Shown: one piece after another, positions 29,410-38,372 of the stretch | How positions within the stretch are numbered: the stretch's first letter is position 1 | Layout of the letters: each line of letters opens with the position of its first letter | Program-made: the position numbers and the translations under genes | Notes under the pieces: generated by a model | Databases searched by the model: none | The model's input: only the letters and a program-made list of their open reading frames with translations | What the model was told of the DNA's origin: nothing | NCBI GenBank assembly: GCA_964518215.1 | Contig: CAZFFP010000009.1 | Span: forward strand, 138-64,137 | Length of the DNA: 64,000 nt | Direction: 5' to 3' | Source: an uncultured Chitinophagaceae bacterium | GTDB taxonomy: Bacteria > Bacteroidota > Bacteroidia > Chitinophagales > CAIOSU01

Positions 29410-31538
29410 GCCAAGTTGAAAAATTTCATTACGACAACAAAATTGTAAACGCTTTTGCTATCGCTACGGTAGTGTTTGGTTTGGTCGGCATGTTGGTGGG
29501 GCTGTTAGCCGCCATACAGATGTTTGCACCCTATTTCAATTTTGAGATTTCGTTTCTCACTTTCGGTCGTATTCGACCACTGCATACCAACGCGGTGATT
29601 TTTGCCTTTGTGGGCAACGGAATTTTCATGGGTGTGTATTATTCGTTACAACGGTTGCTCAAAGCGCGCATGTTTAACGACACCTTGAGTTGGGTGCATT
29701 TCTGGGGTTGGCAACTCATTATTCTTGCGGCTGCCATTACCCTGCCCTTAGGCATCACTTCAGGAAAAGAATATGCCGAATTGGAATGGCCTATTGACAT
29801 TGCCATCGCTATAATTTGGATTGTTTTCGGCATCAATATGTTTGGCACTATTCTGAAAAGAAGAGAGCGCCATTTGTATGTAGCCATTTGGTTTTACATT
29901 GCTACCTGGTGCACCGTTACGGTGTTGCATGTGGTAAATTCCATCGAATTGCCTGTAAGTTTCTGGAAAAGTTATCCTGTGTATGCCGGTGTTCAGGATG
30001 CTTTGGTACAATGGTGGTATGGGCATAATGCTGTAGCATTCTTCCTCACTACACCTTACTTGGGTTTGATGTATTATTTCATTCCGAAAATTGTAAATCG
30101 TCCTGTATATTCTTATCGCCTTTCTATTATACATTTTTGGGCGCTCATCTTCATTTATATATGGGCGGGTCCTCACCATTTGCTCTATACTGCATTACCC
30201 GATTGGGCGCAGTCGCTCGGAAGTGTGTTTTCAATTATGCTTATTGCCCCATCATGGGGAGGCATGATTAATGGCTTGCTTACTTTGCGTGGCGCATGGG
30301 ACAAAGTAGTGGCGATGCCTGAATTGAAATTTTTTGTAGTGGCGCTGACAGCCTACGGTATGGCAACTTTTGAAGGACCTATGCTTTCCATTAAATCGGT
30401 GAATGCCTTTTCGCACTATACCGATTGGACCGTAGCTCACGTGCATGTTGGCGCATTAGGTTGGAACGGCTTCCTCACCTTCGCGGTATTGTATTGGCTC
30501 ATTCCTAAAATCTGGCGCACCGATTTGTACTCCAAACGTTTAGCCAATATTCATTTCTGGATTGGAACCTTGGGAATTATCTTCTACGCTATTCCTTTGT
30601 ATTGGGCAGGTATTGCTCAAAGTTTGATGTGGAAGGAATTTACACCCGATGGCTTTTTGAAATATCCCAACTTTCTCGAAACAGTTACGCAGATTTTGCC
30701 CATGTATAAAATGCGTGCGTTTGGCGGAGCACTGTTTTTGGTCGGTTTCATCATCATGATTTACAACCTCATTAAAACAGCCAAACAGGGAAGTTTTCTG
30801 GCAAATGAAGCAGCCGAAGCGCCTGCACTTCCGAAGGAAATCAACGAAGCGAATCATAGCAACAGACACTGGCACAGTTGGATTGAAAGACGACCCATGC
30901 AGATGTTGTTTTGGGCAACTATTGTAATACTTATTGGCGGCTTGGTGGAAATGATTCCGATGTATGTGATTAAGTCGAATATACCCACCATCACTTCGGT
31001 AAAGCCCTATACGCCACTCGAATTACATGGCAGAGATATTTATGTAAGAGAAGGTTGTTATACTTGCCACTCGCAAATGATTCGTCCTTTTAGAAGCGAA
31101 ACCGAGCGCTATGGCGAATACAGCAAAGCCGGTGAGTTTGTTTATGACCATCCTTTCCAATGGGGTTCCAAACGCACCGGACCCGATTTGGCGCGCACCG
31201 GCACACCTAAACTTTACAAGCCCGATAGCTGGCATTTTTATCACATGATTGACCCTCAAAGCATGTCGCCCGGCTCTATCATGCCGGCTTATCCGTGGTT
31301 GGCAGAAAACAAATTGGATTTGAAAATAACCCCAGCCAAAATAAGAGGCATGATGAAACTCGGTGTGCCTTATGAAGAAGGTTATGATGCCGTAGCCAAC
31401 GATGATTTGAAAAAACAAGCAACCGCTATTGCAGATGGTTTAAATAAAAGCCGTATAGATATATCATACGACCGCGAGATGATTGCGCTGATTGCTTATT
31501 TGCAAAGGTTGGGGACAGATATTGATGCAGAAGAGTAA
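29406..31538 (+). CDS. ccoNO: fused cbb3-type cytochrome c oxidase subunits I and II (CcoN-CcoO)
   Basis: 710 aa. The N-terminal part is a haem-copper oxidase subunit I-like polytopic domain with conserved His residues. The C-terminal ~230 aa have a CcoO haem c site, REGCYTCHSQMIRP. Confidence 0.9.
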   Translation: MSQVEKFHYDNKIVNAFAIATVVFGLVGMLVGLLAAIQMFAPYFNFEISFLTFGRIRPLHTNAVIFAFVGNGIFMGVYYSLQRLLKARMFNDTLSWVHFWGWQLIILAAAITLPLGITSGKEYAELEWPIDIAIAIIWIVFGINMFGTILKRRERHLYVAIWFYIATWCTVTVLHVVNSIELPVSFWKSYPVYAGVQDALVQWWYGHNAVAFFLTTPYLGLMYYFIPKIVNRPVYSYRLSIIHFWALIFIYIWAGPHHLLYTALPDWAQSLGSVFSIMLIAPSWGGMINGLLTLRGAWDKVVAMPELKFFVVALTAYGMATFEGPMLSIKSVNAFSHYTDWTVAHVHVGALGWNGFLTFAVLYWLIPKIWRTDLYSKRLANIHFWIGTLGIIFYAIPLYWAGIAQSLMWKEFTPDGFLKYPNFLETVTQILPMYKMRAFGGALFLVGFIIMIYNLIKTAKQGSFLANEAAEAPALPKEINEANHSNRHWHSWIERRPMQMLFWATIVILIGGLVEMIPMYVIKSNIPTITSVKPYTPLELHGRDIYVREGCYTCHSQMIRPFRSETERYGEYSKAGEFVYDHPFQWGSKRTGPDLARTGTPKLYKPDSWHFYHMIDPQSMSPGSIMPAYPWLAENKLDLKITPAKIRGMMKLGVPYEEGYDAVANDDLKKQATAIADGLNKSRIDISYDREMIALIAYLQRLGTDIDAEE

Positions 31539-31553
31539 TGTCGAATCACGATA

Positions 31554-31635
31554 GGCGATATTCGACCGCTTTGCCTTGCGAGAAAAAAGTTAGAGTTTGA
31601 AAGTTATAAGGTTATAAAGTTGTAAGGTAGAAAGT
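31554..31635. repeat. post-stop intergenic repeat module (family R1), copy after ccoNO
   Basis: GGCGATATTCGACCGCTTTGCCTTGCGAG...GTTAGAGTTTGAAAGTTATAAGGTTATAAAGTTGTAAGGTAG is co-linear with 22307-22392. It is followed by an A11 run (31636-31646). Confidence 0.75.
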
Positions 31636-31828
31636 AAAAAAAAAAATTATTGCCATCTGCTTTAGTTGACGGGCTTGAAATTTGAAAAGTTAACTATTCA
31701 AGCTATGAGTAAGGGCAAGGAACCATGAGTATGATTCAATAAGTTAGATTGAAGTCAAAATGAATGAAAGAATTAAAAAAAAAAACATGTCGAAAATCGA
31801 ATAACCGAAAATCTAAAATGAAAAATCC

Positions 31829-32020
31829 ATGTATAAAGACGTGCTTCGTTCCATAGAAAACATCAGTATGTTTCCGTTGTTTTCTTTCGTGTTGTTTTTT
31901 GTAGTGTTTCTGCTCATTATTTTGTGGGTGCTTACTTACGACAAGAAAACCATTGCCGAAATAGAACAACTTCCTCTAAATAATCATTCTCAGGAAACCA
32001 ACGAAAACCTTAAACTATGA
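31829..32020 (+). CDS. ccoQ: CcoQ/FixQ-family small membrane subunit
   Basis: 63 aa with a single TM helix (FPLFSFVLFFVVFLLIILWVL) followed by ..K..I.E...LPL.N, in the expected position between ccoNO and ccoP. Its stop overlaps the ccoP ATG. Confidence 0.7.
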   Translation: MYKDVLRSIENISMFPLFSFVLFFVVFLLIILWVLTYDKKTIAEIEQLPLNNHSQETNENLKL

Positions 32021-32964
32021 TACACCAGTTTTCAAAAAACAAAAACAACATGACGTTCAGATTTTTTACTACTGCACTGTTTAGTATCATTTCACTGTCA
32101 GTCGCAGCGCAAGAAGCCGCTCCCACTTTCATGGATAAAAACGAAACTACTCTGGCGCTCTATACCATTGTTATAGGATTGACATTGGTGGTGGTGATTG
32201 TGTTGACGCTCAGCTTTATGTTGCTTAATATGGCAAAAGCGATGTATCGCGATATGCTTATTGAAAAAGGATATTTGAAAGAAGAAACCGAAGAAGCACC
32301 GGCATGGGAAAATCAACTGATGCACTCGCTCACACAAGCCGTTCCAATAGAAAAAGAAGGCGAAATTGATTTAGGACATGAATATGATGGCATTCGTGAA
32401 TTAGACAACCGCCTGCCTCCGTGGTGGGTTTGGATGTTTTACATTACCACAGCGTGGGCAATTGGTTACATGATTTACTACCATGTTTTGGAAAAAGGTC
32501 CCCTTCAAATTGAAGAATATGAAATAGCTATGGAAAAAGCCGAGTTGCAAAAAGAATCTTTTCTTGCCAAAGCTGCCGACCAAGTGAACGAAAATACTGT
32601 GGTGGCGTTAACTGCCGAAAGCGACATCAACAGAGGCAAACAACTATACACCATTAATTGTGTGGCATGTCATGGAGCATCGGGCGAAGGCACGGTAGGT
32701 CCCAACCTTACTGACGGATATTGGGTGCATGGTGGAGGTGTTAAAAATATTTTCAAGGTGATTAAATACGGTGTTCCCGAAAAAGGCATGATAGCCTGGC
32801 AAACACAATTGAAGCCTTCTGAAATACAACAGATAACCAGCTATATACTGACCTTGCAAGGCACCAATCCGCCCAACGGCAAAGCCCCCGAAGGAACTTT
32901 ATATGTGGAAGAAAAAGATGTGGAAGCAGCGAAGCCGGCAGAGAGTGAGGATAATGGAGCATAA
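32017..32964 (+). CDS. ccoP: cbb3-type cytochrome c oxidase subunit III-like (CcoP N-terminal domain plus cytochrome c)
   Basis: Contains HEYDGIRELDNRLPPWWVWMFYIT (the CcoP N-terminal domain) and a haem c site, CVACHG. An alternative start is the ATG at 32050 (MTFRFF..). Confidence 0.85.
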   Translation: MIHQFSKNKNNMTFRFFTTALFSIISLSVAAQEAAPTFMDKNETTLALYTIVIGLTLVVVIVLTLSFMLLNMAKAMYRDMLIEKGYLKEETEEAPAWENQLMHSLTQAVPIEKEGEIDLGHEYDGIRELDNRLPPWWVWMFYITTAWAIGYMIYYHVLEKGPLQIEEYEIAMEKAELQKESFLAKAADQVNENTVVALTAESDINRGKQLYTINCVACHGASGEGTVGPNLTDGYWVHGGGVKNIFKVIKYGVPEKGMIAWQTQLKPSEIQQITSYILTLQGTNPPNGKAPEGTLYVEEKDVEAAKPAESEDNGA

Positions 32965-32965
32965 A

Positions 32966-33008
32966 TACGATATTCGACTTTTCGACCGCTTTGCTTTGCG
33001 ATTTTCGG
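32966..33008. repeat. short copy of family R1 core after ccoP
   Basis: TACGATATTCGACTTTTCGACCGCTTTGCTTTGCGATTTTCGG starts 2 nt after the ccoP stop and shares the TTCGACCGCTTYGC-N-TGCGA core. Confidence 0.65.
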
Positions 33009-33063
33009 CTGAAGCAATTCACTGTCGCATATCGAATATCGCGAAATCGAAAATAGAAAAATA

Positions 33064-34455
33064 ATGAACCCTGAATCATTCAGAGATAAAGTTTCGACCA
33101 TAGACGAGCAGGGCAAACGGGTATGGGTATATCCCAAAAAACAAGGCGGAAGATTTTATAATGCACGCACATATATGAGTTGGGGCTTGCTGGCTTTTTT
33201 GTTTTCAGCGCCTTTCATTCACATCAACGGAAACCCGATAATGATGCTCAATGTGCTCGAGCGTAAGTTTGTCATTTTCGGTATTGTTTTTCTGCCTCAG
33301 GATTTCTTTCTGTTTGTGTTGGCAATGCTTTCGCTTTTTGTTTTCATTATTCTTTTCACGGTTGTTTACGGCAGATTATTTTGCGGTTGGGTGTGTCCCC
33401 AAACCATTTTCATGGAAATGGTTTTTCGCAAAATAGAATATTGGATTGAAGGCGATGCCGGACAGCAACGCAAGCTGGCACAACAACCCTGGAACAAAGA
33501 AAAAATTTTCAAGAAAACCTCTAAGCAAATGATTTTCTTTTTGGTGTCCTTTGCCATAGCCAACACATTTATGGCATACTTGGTAGGGCGCGAAACATGG
33601 CTCGATTTGGTTACTCATTCGCCCGCACAAAACCTTTCAGGATTTCTGAGTTTAGTAGCATTTACCGGAGCATTTCATTTTGTGTTTTCATTTTTCCGCG
33701 AACAGGTTTGCACAGTAATTTGTCCCTACGGAAGATTACAAGGTGTATTGTTAGACCGCGATTCTATTGTTATTGCTTACGATAATGTAAGAGGCGAGCC
33801 GCGAGGCAAATTAGAGAAAAATGTCGCTGCCGAAAACCGCCAACATGGCGATTGTATTGATTGCACTTTGTGTGTGCAGGTATGCCCTACCGGAATTGAT
33901 ATTCGCAACGGCACACAGTTAGAATGTATTAATTGCACTGCTTGTATTGATGCCTGCGATGAGGTAATGGACAAAATTGAAAGACCCAGAGGATTGATTC
34001 GTTTTGCTTCGTTTAATAACATAGCTGAAGGCACACCGTTTAAAATTACTCCCCGCATAATTGCTTATTCTGTGGTGCTGACAGTGCTGTTGGGAGTGTT
34101 TGGTTTTTCACTCATAGGCAGAACCGATATAGAAACTACTATTTTGCGCACACCCGGCTCAATTTTTAATGAAACTCCCGAAGGAAATATAGTAAACATC
34201 TACACCATTCAGGTTGCCAACAAAACATCGAACGACATACATTTCGAACTAGAACTGGTAAATGCCGATGGAACATTAAAACTGGTGAAACAAGATAAGG
34301 TAGTGCCTAAACAGAATATTTTCGACAGCGCGCTGCTGATTGAAATTCCGAAAGAAAAACTGACAGAACGAAAAAACAAAATCACCATAAAAGTGCTGCA
34401 AGAAGGAAAAGTGATTGATGAAGTGAAAACAACTTTTATAGGACCGGGGAAATAG
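33064..34455 (+). CDS. ccoG: cytochrome c oxidase accessory protein CcoG (4Fe-4S)
   Basis: 463 aa with TM helices, CGWVCPQ, and two ferredoxin motifs, CIDCTLCVQVCPTGIDIR and CINCTACIDACD. Confidence 0.88.
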   Translation: MNPESFRDKVSTIDEQGKRVWVYPKKQGGRFYNARTYMSWGLLAFLFSAPFIHINGNPIMMLNVLERKFVIFGIVFLPQDFFLFVLAMLSLFVFIILFTVVYGRLFCGWVCPQTIFMEMVFRKIEYWIEGDAGQQRKLAQQPWNKEKIFKKTSKQMIFFLVSFAIANTFMAYLVGRETWLDLVTHSPAQNLSGFLSLVAFTGAFHFVFSFFREQVCTVICPYGRLQGVLLDRDSIVIAYDNVRGEPRGKLEKNVAAENRQHGDCIDCTLCVQVCPTGIDIRNGTQLECINCTACIDACDEVMDKIERPRGLIRFASFNNIAEGTPFKITPRIIAYSVVLTVLLGVFGFSLIGRTDIETTILRTPGSIFNETPEGNIVNIYTIQVANKTSNDIHFELELVNADGTLKLVKQDKVVPKQNIFDSALLIEIPKEKLTERKNKITIKVLQEGKVIDEVKTTFIGPGK

Positions 34456-34487
34456 ATTTTTGATTTCGGATTTGAATTGAAAATGTT

Positions 34488-34752
34488 GTCCCTACTGCGA
34501 TGAGTAGGAATAAAGGGAGGGGGATGAGGCTGATGAAGTTTGAAAATTAAAACACAGTTCTTTGTCATGTTGAGCGAAGCGAAACTTCTAATCGTAAGAG
34601 CTTGGGTGTGGCAGAATCAATACTTAGATTCTTCACTTCGCGTGTTCCTACTCTACGCAGTAGGAACTCATAATGACAAAAAACATTGATTAAAACATAG
34701 TCGAGAATCGAACTGTCGCAAATCGCATATCGAAAAACTAAAAACATAAACC
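34488..34752 (+). repeat. composite nested-palindromic element (family R2), copy 2, ending at the fixH ATG
   Basis: The blocks run in this order: a hairpin CCTACT-GCGATG-AGTAGG (34491-34508); GGGGGATGAGGCT; GTCATGTTGAGCGAAGCGAAAC..CTTCACTTCGCG (an imperfect inverted repeat); ATACTTAGAT; a hairpin GTTCCTACT-CTACGC-AGTAGGAAC (34644-34667); ATGACAAAAAACATTGATTAAAAC; GTCGAGAATCGAACTGTCGCAAATCGCATATCGAAAAA; ATG. Confidence 0.75.
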
Positions 34753-35190
34753 ATGAACTGGGGATACAGAATTATCATTTTATACACATCATTTGTGGTA
34801 TTTATGCTGGCATTAGTGAGTGTGGCTGTTAAACAAAATTTCGATTTGGTAGCGCCCGATTATTACCGGCAGGAAATAGAATATCAGAGCAGAATTGACA
34901 ACATCAACAATTCAAAAAAACTCTCCACTCCGCTCCAAATCGAATTGCTTTCGGAAGAAAATATTCTGAACATCAGCTATCCCGAAGTTTTGCAAAACAT
35001 CAGCGGAAAAATTCTCTTATATCGCCCTACCGATGCCAAGCAGGATATCACGATACCTGTGAAAGCAGATGAAAAATTTGTTCAGCAAATACCCCTAAAC
35101 CAATTAGAAAAAGGCTTGTGGCGCGTCAAAATTCAATGGAAAGCCGATGAAGTGGAATATTATAATGAAGAAGCAATAGTCTTGAATTGA
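34753..35190 (+). CDS. fixH: FixH-family protein
   Basis: 145 aa with an N-terminal TM helix followed by ..NFDLVAPDYY.., in the expected position after ccoG. Confidence 0.75.
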   Translation: MNWGYRIIILYTSFVVFMLALVSVAVKQNFDLVAPDYYRQEIEYQSRIDNINNSKKLSTPLQIELLSEENILNISYPEVLQNISGKILLYRPTDAKQDITIPVKADEKFVQQIPLNQLEKGLWRVKIQWKADEVEYYNEEAIVLN

Positions 35191-35200
35191 TTTACAATAT

Positions 35201-35233
35201 TAGATTTTCGACCGCTTCGCTATGCGACAAGCC
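35201..35233. repeat. short copy of family R1 core after fixH
   Basis: TAGATTTTCGACCGCTTCGCTATGCGACAAGCC. Confidence 0.6.
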
Positions 35234-35273
35234 CATCGAAAATCTCATATTGTAAAGTCGCACATCGAAAAAT

Positions 35274-35972
35274 ATGTTTTTATTCACCGCCTTCATATTC
35301 GGAATTGTGAGCAGCCTGCATTGCGGAGCCATGTGCGGACCGATTGCTTTGGCGTTGCCTTCGGCAGACAACCGCTTCAATAATTTTTTCGGAAAAACAC
35401 TTTACAATGCAGGAAGAATTGTAACCTATATTTTGTTGGGCGGCTTGTTGGGTTTGTTTGGAAAAGGCTTATCCTTGGCAGGCGTGCAGCAAGGATTGTC
35501 TGTTGTTTTGGGAATAGCGGTTTTGTTGTTGGTGTTATTTTCTTACAATCCCGATATGCTGTTTAACAAAATTCCTGCCTTCAGAAATTTCCAAACATTA
35601 TTAATTCGGCAGTTCGGAAAAATTCTAAAGAACCCTTCATTTGCATCCATGTTCACTGTGGGTATGCTCAATGGATTGTTGCCCTGCGGAGTGGTTTACA
35701 TAGCGCTTACGGGAGCTTTAGCCACCGGCAGCGCGACAAGCGGAATGCTTTATATGGCTCTGTTTGGCTTAGGCACTTTTCCTATGATGTTGTTTATTGC
35801 TTTGGCAGGTTCGGTAGTGAGCATTTCATTTAAAAATACTTTAAGAAAACTCACACCTGCCGTAATGCTTTTTTTCGCAGCCTTATTAATTCTTCGCGGG
35901 TTGAACCTCGACATTCCATACATCAGCCCTAAACTGAACAATGATGTAACTATGACCAAGAGTTGTCATTAA
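35274..35972 (+). CDS. TauE/SafE (DsbD_2-like) family membrane protein
   Basis: 232 aa, polytopic, with an N-terminal SSLHCGAMCGPI motif. This is the usual last gene of Bacteroidota cbb3 clusters. Confidence 0.7.
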   Translation: MFLFTAFIFGIVSSLHCGAMCGPIALALPSADNRFNNFFGKTLYNAGRIVTYILLGGLLGLFGKGLSLAGVQQGLSVVLGIAVLLLVLFSYNPDMLFNKIPAFRNFQTLLIRQFGKILKNPSFASMFTVGMLNGLLPCGVVYIALTGALATGSATSGMLYMALFGLGTFPMMLFIALAGSVVSISFKNTLRKLTPAVMLFFAALLILRGLNLDIPYISPKLNNDVTMTKSCH

Positions 35973-35989
35973 CTTCTAAAAACTATCAG

Positions 35990-36505
35990 TTATTTTTTTC
36001 GGGCTTTAAACGACCAGGTGAATTTAAAACGAGCCACCGTAATGCCATCTTCTGAAATGCCGTTGGTAGAAACCGTTGCAGTTACAGGCTCTCCGCTAGT
36101 TTTTGCTTTTTCAACGGCTTCGAAAAGTAAGTGCCCCTCGTTACAAGTGAAGGTGGTAATGTTTTTTGCCATTTTGATAAACTCAGCTTCCATGTGAACT
36201 ATTATCACCGCCACCGAAGTGCCTTCCACAGCCATCAGCGCTAAAGCGCCATTCGACAATTCGGCAGCCATGCTCAATGCAGCAAAATATGTAGAACCAA
36301 AAGGATTTCTGGTCATCCAGCCATAAGGAACGGTGGCGATGCAGTTGTTTCCATCTAAATGCTTAATGCGCATTCCCGAAAAGAAACCCAAAGGCAATCT
36401 CAGCAATAAAAAAAATCTGAACATGAAATTTCTGCTCAAATTATTTCTGAATTTTTCCTGCTTATCTGTAAGTAATATTTTTTGAATGGAAGTTTCTGTA
36501 GTCAT
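35990..36505 (-). CDS. DUF4442-like hotdog-fold protein
   Basis: 171 aa. ..NPFGSTYFAALSMAAELSNGALA.. resembles DUF4442/thioesterase-like proteins (recalled). Confidence 0.55.
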   Translation of the reverse strand: MTTETSIQKILLTDKQEKFRNNLSRNFMFRFFLLLRLPLGFFSGMRIKHLDGNNCIATVPYGWMTRNPFGSTYFAALSMAAELSNGALALMAVEGTSVAVIIVHMEAEFIKMAKNITTFTCNEGHLLFEAVEKAKTSGEPVTATVSTNGISEDGITVARFKFTWSFKARKK

Positions 36506-36581
36506 TCTGAAGATTTTTTATTTCAAATATCCGTAAAGTTCTTAAGAATTTAATAAACACATGAATGTCTTTGATATACGG

Positions 36582-38156
36582 TTATTCCTTCACCACTTTT
36601 TTAGTAATGCTTACTCCATTGCTTAGGATGATTTTGCAGTAGTATAAGCATGTTGGCAAATGAGATATATTAAATTCATCCCCCGCAGACGCACCATGCC
36701 TGCACGCGCCCCCTTCGCTTGCGCCACATTGCCCGCACACAAGGGGGACATTTTTACCCACTATATCATACATTGTGATGCTTTGAATTCTTTCTTGTGT
36801 GTTTTCTGTCTGAATGTGTAATACTCCGGTGGTGGGGTTGGGGAATACACGCAAATATGAATCAGCATTACCATGCTCCTGAATTGAAGTAATACAATCG
36901 GGATAAGGTTGATAGTAACAATTTGGGTCGGTAAGCCCGCAGTAATCGCCCATGCAACCATTGCTGTCAATTTTCAAGAGCCAAAATTCAGAATAGTTTT
37001 TTTCGCTTGCTCCCCCCATTACAATAAAACCACCATCATTGGTTGGCTCCACATCTTCGGGTCTGGTATAACTAAATCTATTATTGGTTCTGCTATAATA
37101 GCCGTATCGTTTTTCCCATAGTAAATTACCATCGTTATCAAATCTTAATATTAATGCCACCTCATCTTCTCTGCCGCTAATATTGTCCACAATTGAGCCG
37201 GCATAAATATATCCTTCTCCCGGTGCAACTTCTCTTGTAACTGCCACTACCGCCACCTTATTATTATAGTAATAGTATGACCACAATATGTTACCACTTG
37301 TGTCAACTTTTAATATTGTGGTCATTACTATTGGATAACCCCCGGGCTGAACAATGCCTAAGGAATCCATACAGGTAGTAATAATATATGTGCTGTCGGA
37401 TGAACTTGTTATGTTTCCACCACAGTCGTCTCTTGGGGTTCCGAAACTTTTTTTCCAAAGTTCATTGCCCAAGCTGTCGGTTTTCATCAAATAAGTATCA
37501 TACCCAAAGGCTGTAGAAGTATAACCATCACCACAAAGCATATATCCTCCGTCATGAGCATTTACAATACTTAAGGCTCTTGCAAAGCCGGGCTGGTGAT
37601 ATGTTTTCTCCCACTCTAAATTTCCAAGACTATCTGTTTTCACAAGATAAAACTTGCCATTATTGCCTGCTGTCCGGTTTGCCTGACCACACAAAGCAAA
37701 GCCTCCATCGGGAGTTTCTACTGCTTTGTAACCTAAATCATCATTATAACCTCCAAATCTTTTTACAAAAACAGTGTCGCCATTTAAGTTGAATTTGACC
37801 AGCAAAGCCTGAAGATGCATTCATGAAGTATCTTGTTCTGTCAGCGCAGCAATATACCCATCAGATATTTTTTTGAAGGTTCCAGGAAGCCCTCCATAAT
37901 GAGTATTTCCTATTTCGCCATAAAAACTGCTGTCTGTTTTTTCTCCCTCACTATTTGTCCATATCAATATGGTTCCTTTCCACCCGCCTGTTAAAGAATA
38001 ATCGCGCCCTAAACCCATCAGCACATAAGATGAATCTTCAGCAACTACAGACACCGGGCCAATTAGATTGTTTCCATAGCCGATGACCTTATTGAGATAT
38101 TGGCTTTGAGCAAATGCGTAGCAAAAAATAAATATGGAAACAAAAAAACTTCTCAT
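36582..38156 (-). pseudogene. T9SS cargo protein (repeat beta-propeller-like) interrupted by an in-frame TGA and carrying a palindromic insertion in its C-terminal sorting domain
   Basis: ORFs 37821..38156 (signal peptide MRSFFVSIFIFCYAFAQ) and 36582..37820 are in the same frame, separated only by a TGA at 37821-37823. The repeat motif (L/M)xKxDxxGNxxWxK runs across both parts. The C-terminus, LRVFPNPTTGVLHIQ..., is a Por_Secre_tail domain. The second part alone has no signal peptide. Confidence 0.65.
36680..36749 (-). repeat. GC-rich palindromic element inserted in frame in the T9SS C-terminal domain
   Basis: The minus strand reads GTCCCCCTTGTGTGCGGGCAATGTGGCGCAAGCGAAGGGGGCGCGTGCAGGCATGGTGCGTCTGCGGGGG and encodes ..PLVCGQCGASEGGACRHGASAG... 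It is related to the intergenic GTCCCCCTTGCGGGTAGATTTGCGGGAGAGCGATAGGGGGC at 22444-22483. Confidence 0.6.
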
Positions 38157-38372
38157 CTTAATATCATTAGCTTACTATTTGTTACTCTATCTTTTTCTTT
38201 CAAATATCAGTAAAGTTCATTAAAGTTCGAATCATCGTTTGTAGCGGCATTACCTTAAAACTAATACTTACGGCTAATGGCTTATGGCTACATTGACAAA
38301 TATCATCTTCCTCCACAACAAACATCACAAGTATGGCACGACAGAAAAACGCAACTTTGCATATAATTATAA

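Noticed and set aside
37821-37823. In-frame TGA as selenocysteine, programmed readthrough or an alternative genetic code. A second possible in-frame TGA lies at 61124-61126.
   Set aside because: TGA terminates many well-defined genes here at the expected protein ends (pyrR, ccoS, ccoQ, nadC, rdgB, the C40 peptidase). No SECIS-like hairpin follows, and the second case sits in a gene that also has a TAA and is truncated. A nonsense mutation or pseudogene (or a sequencing error) is the simpler reading.
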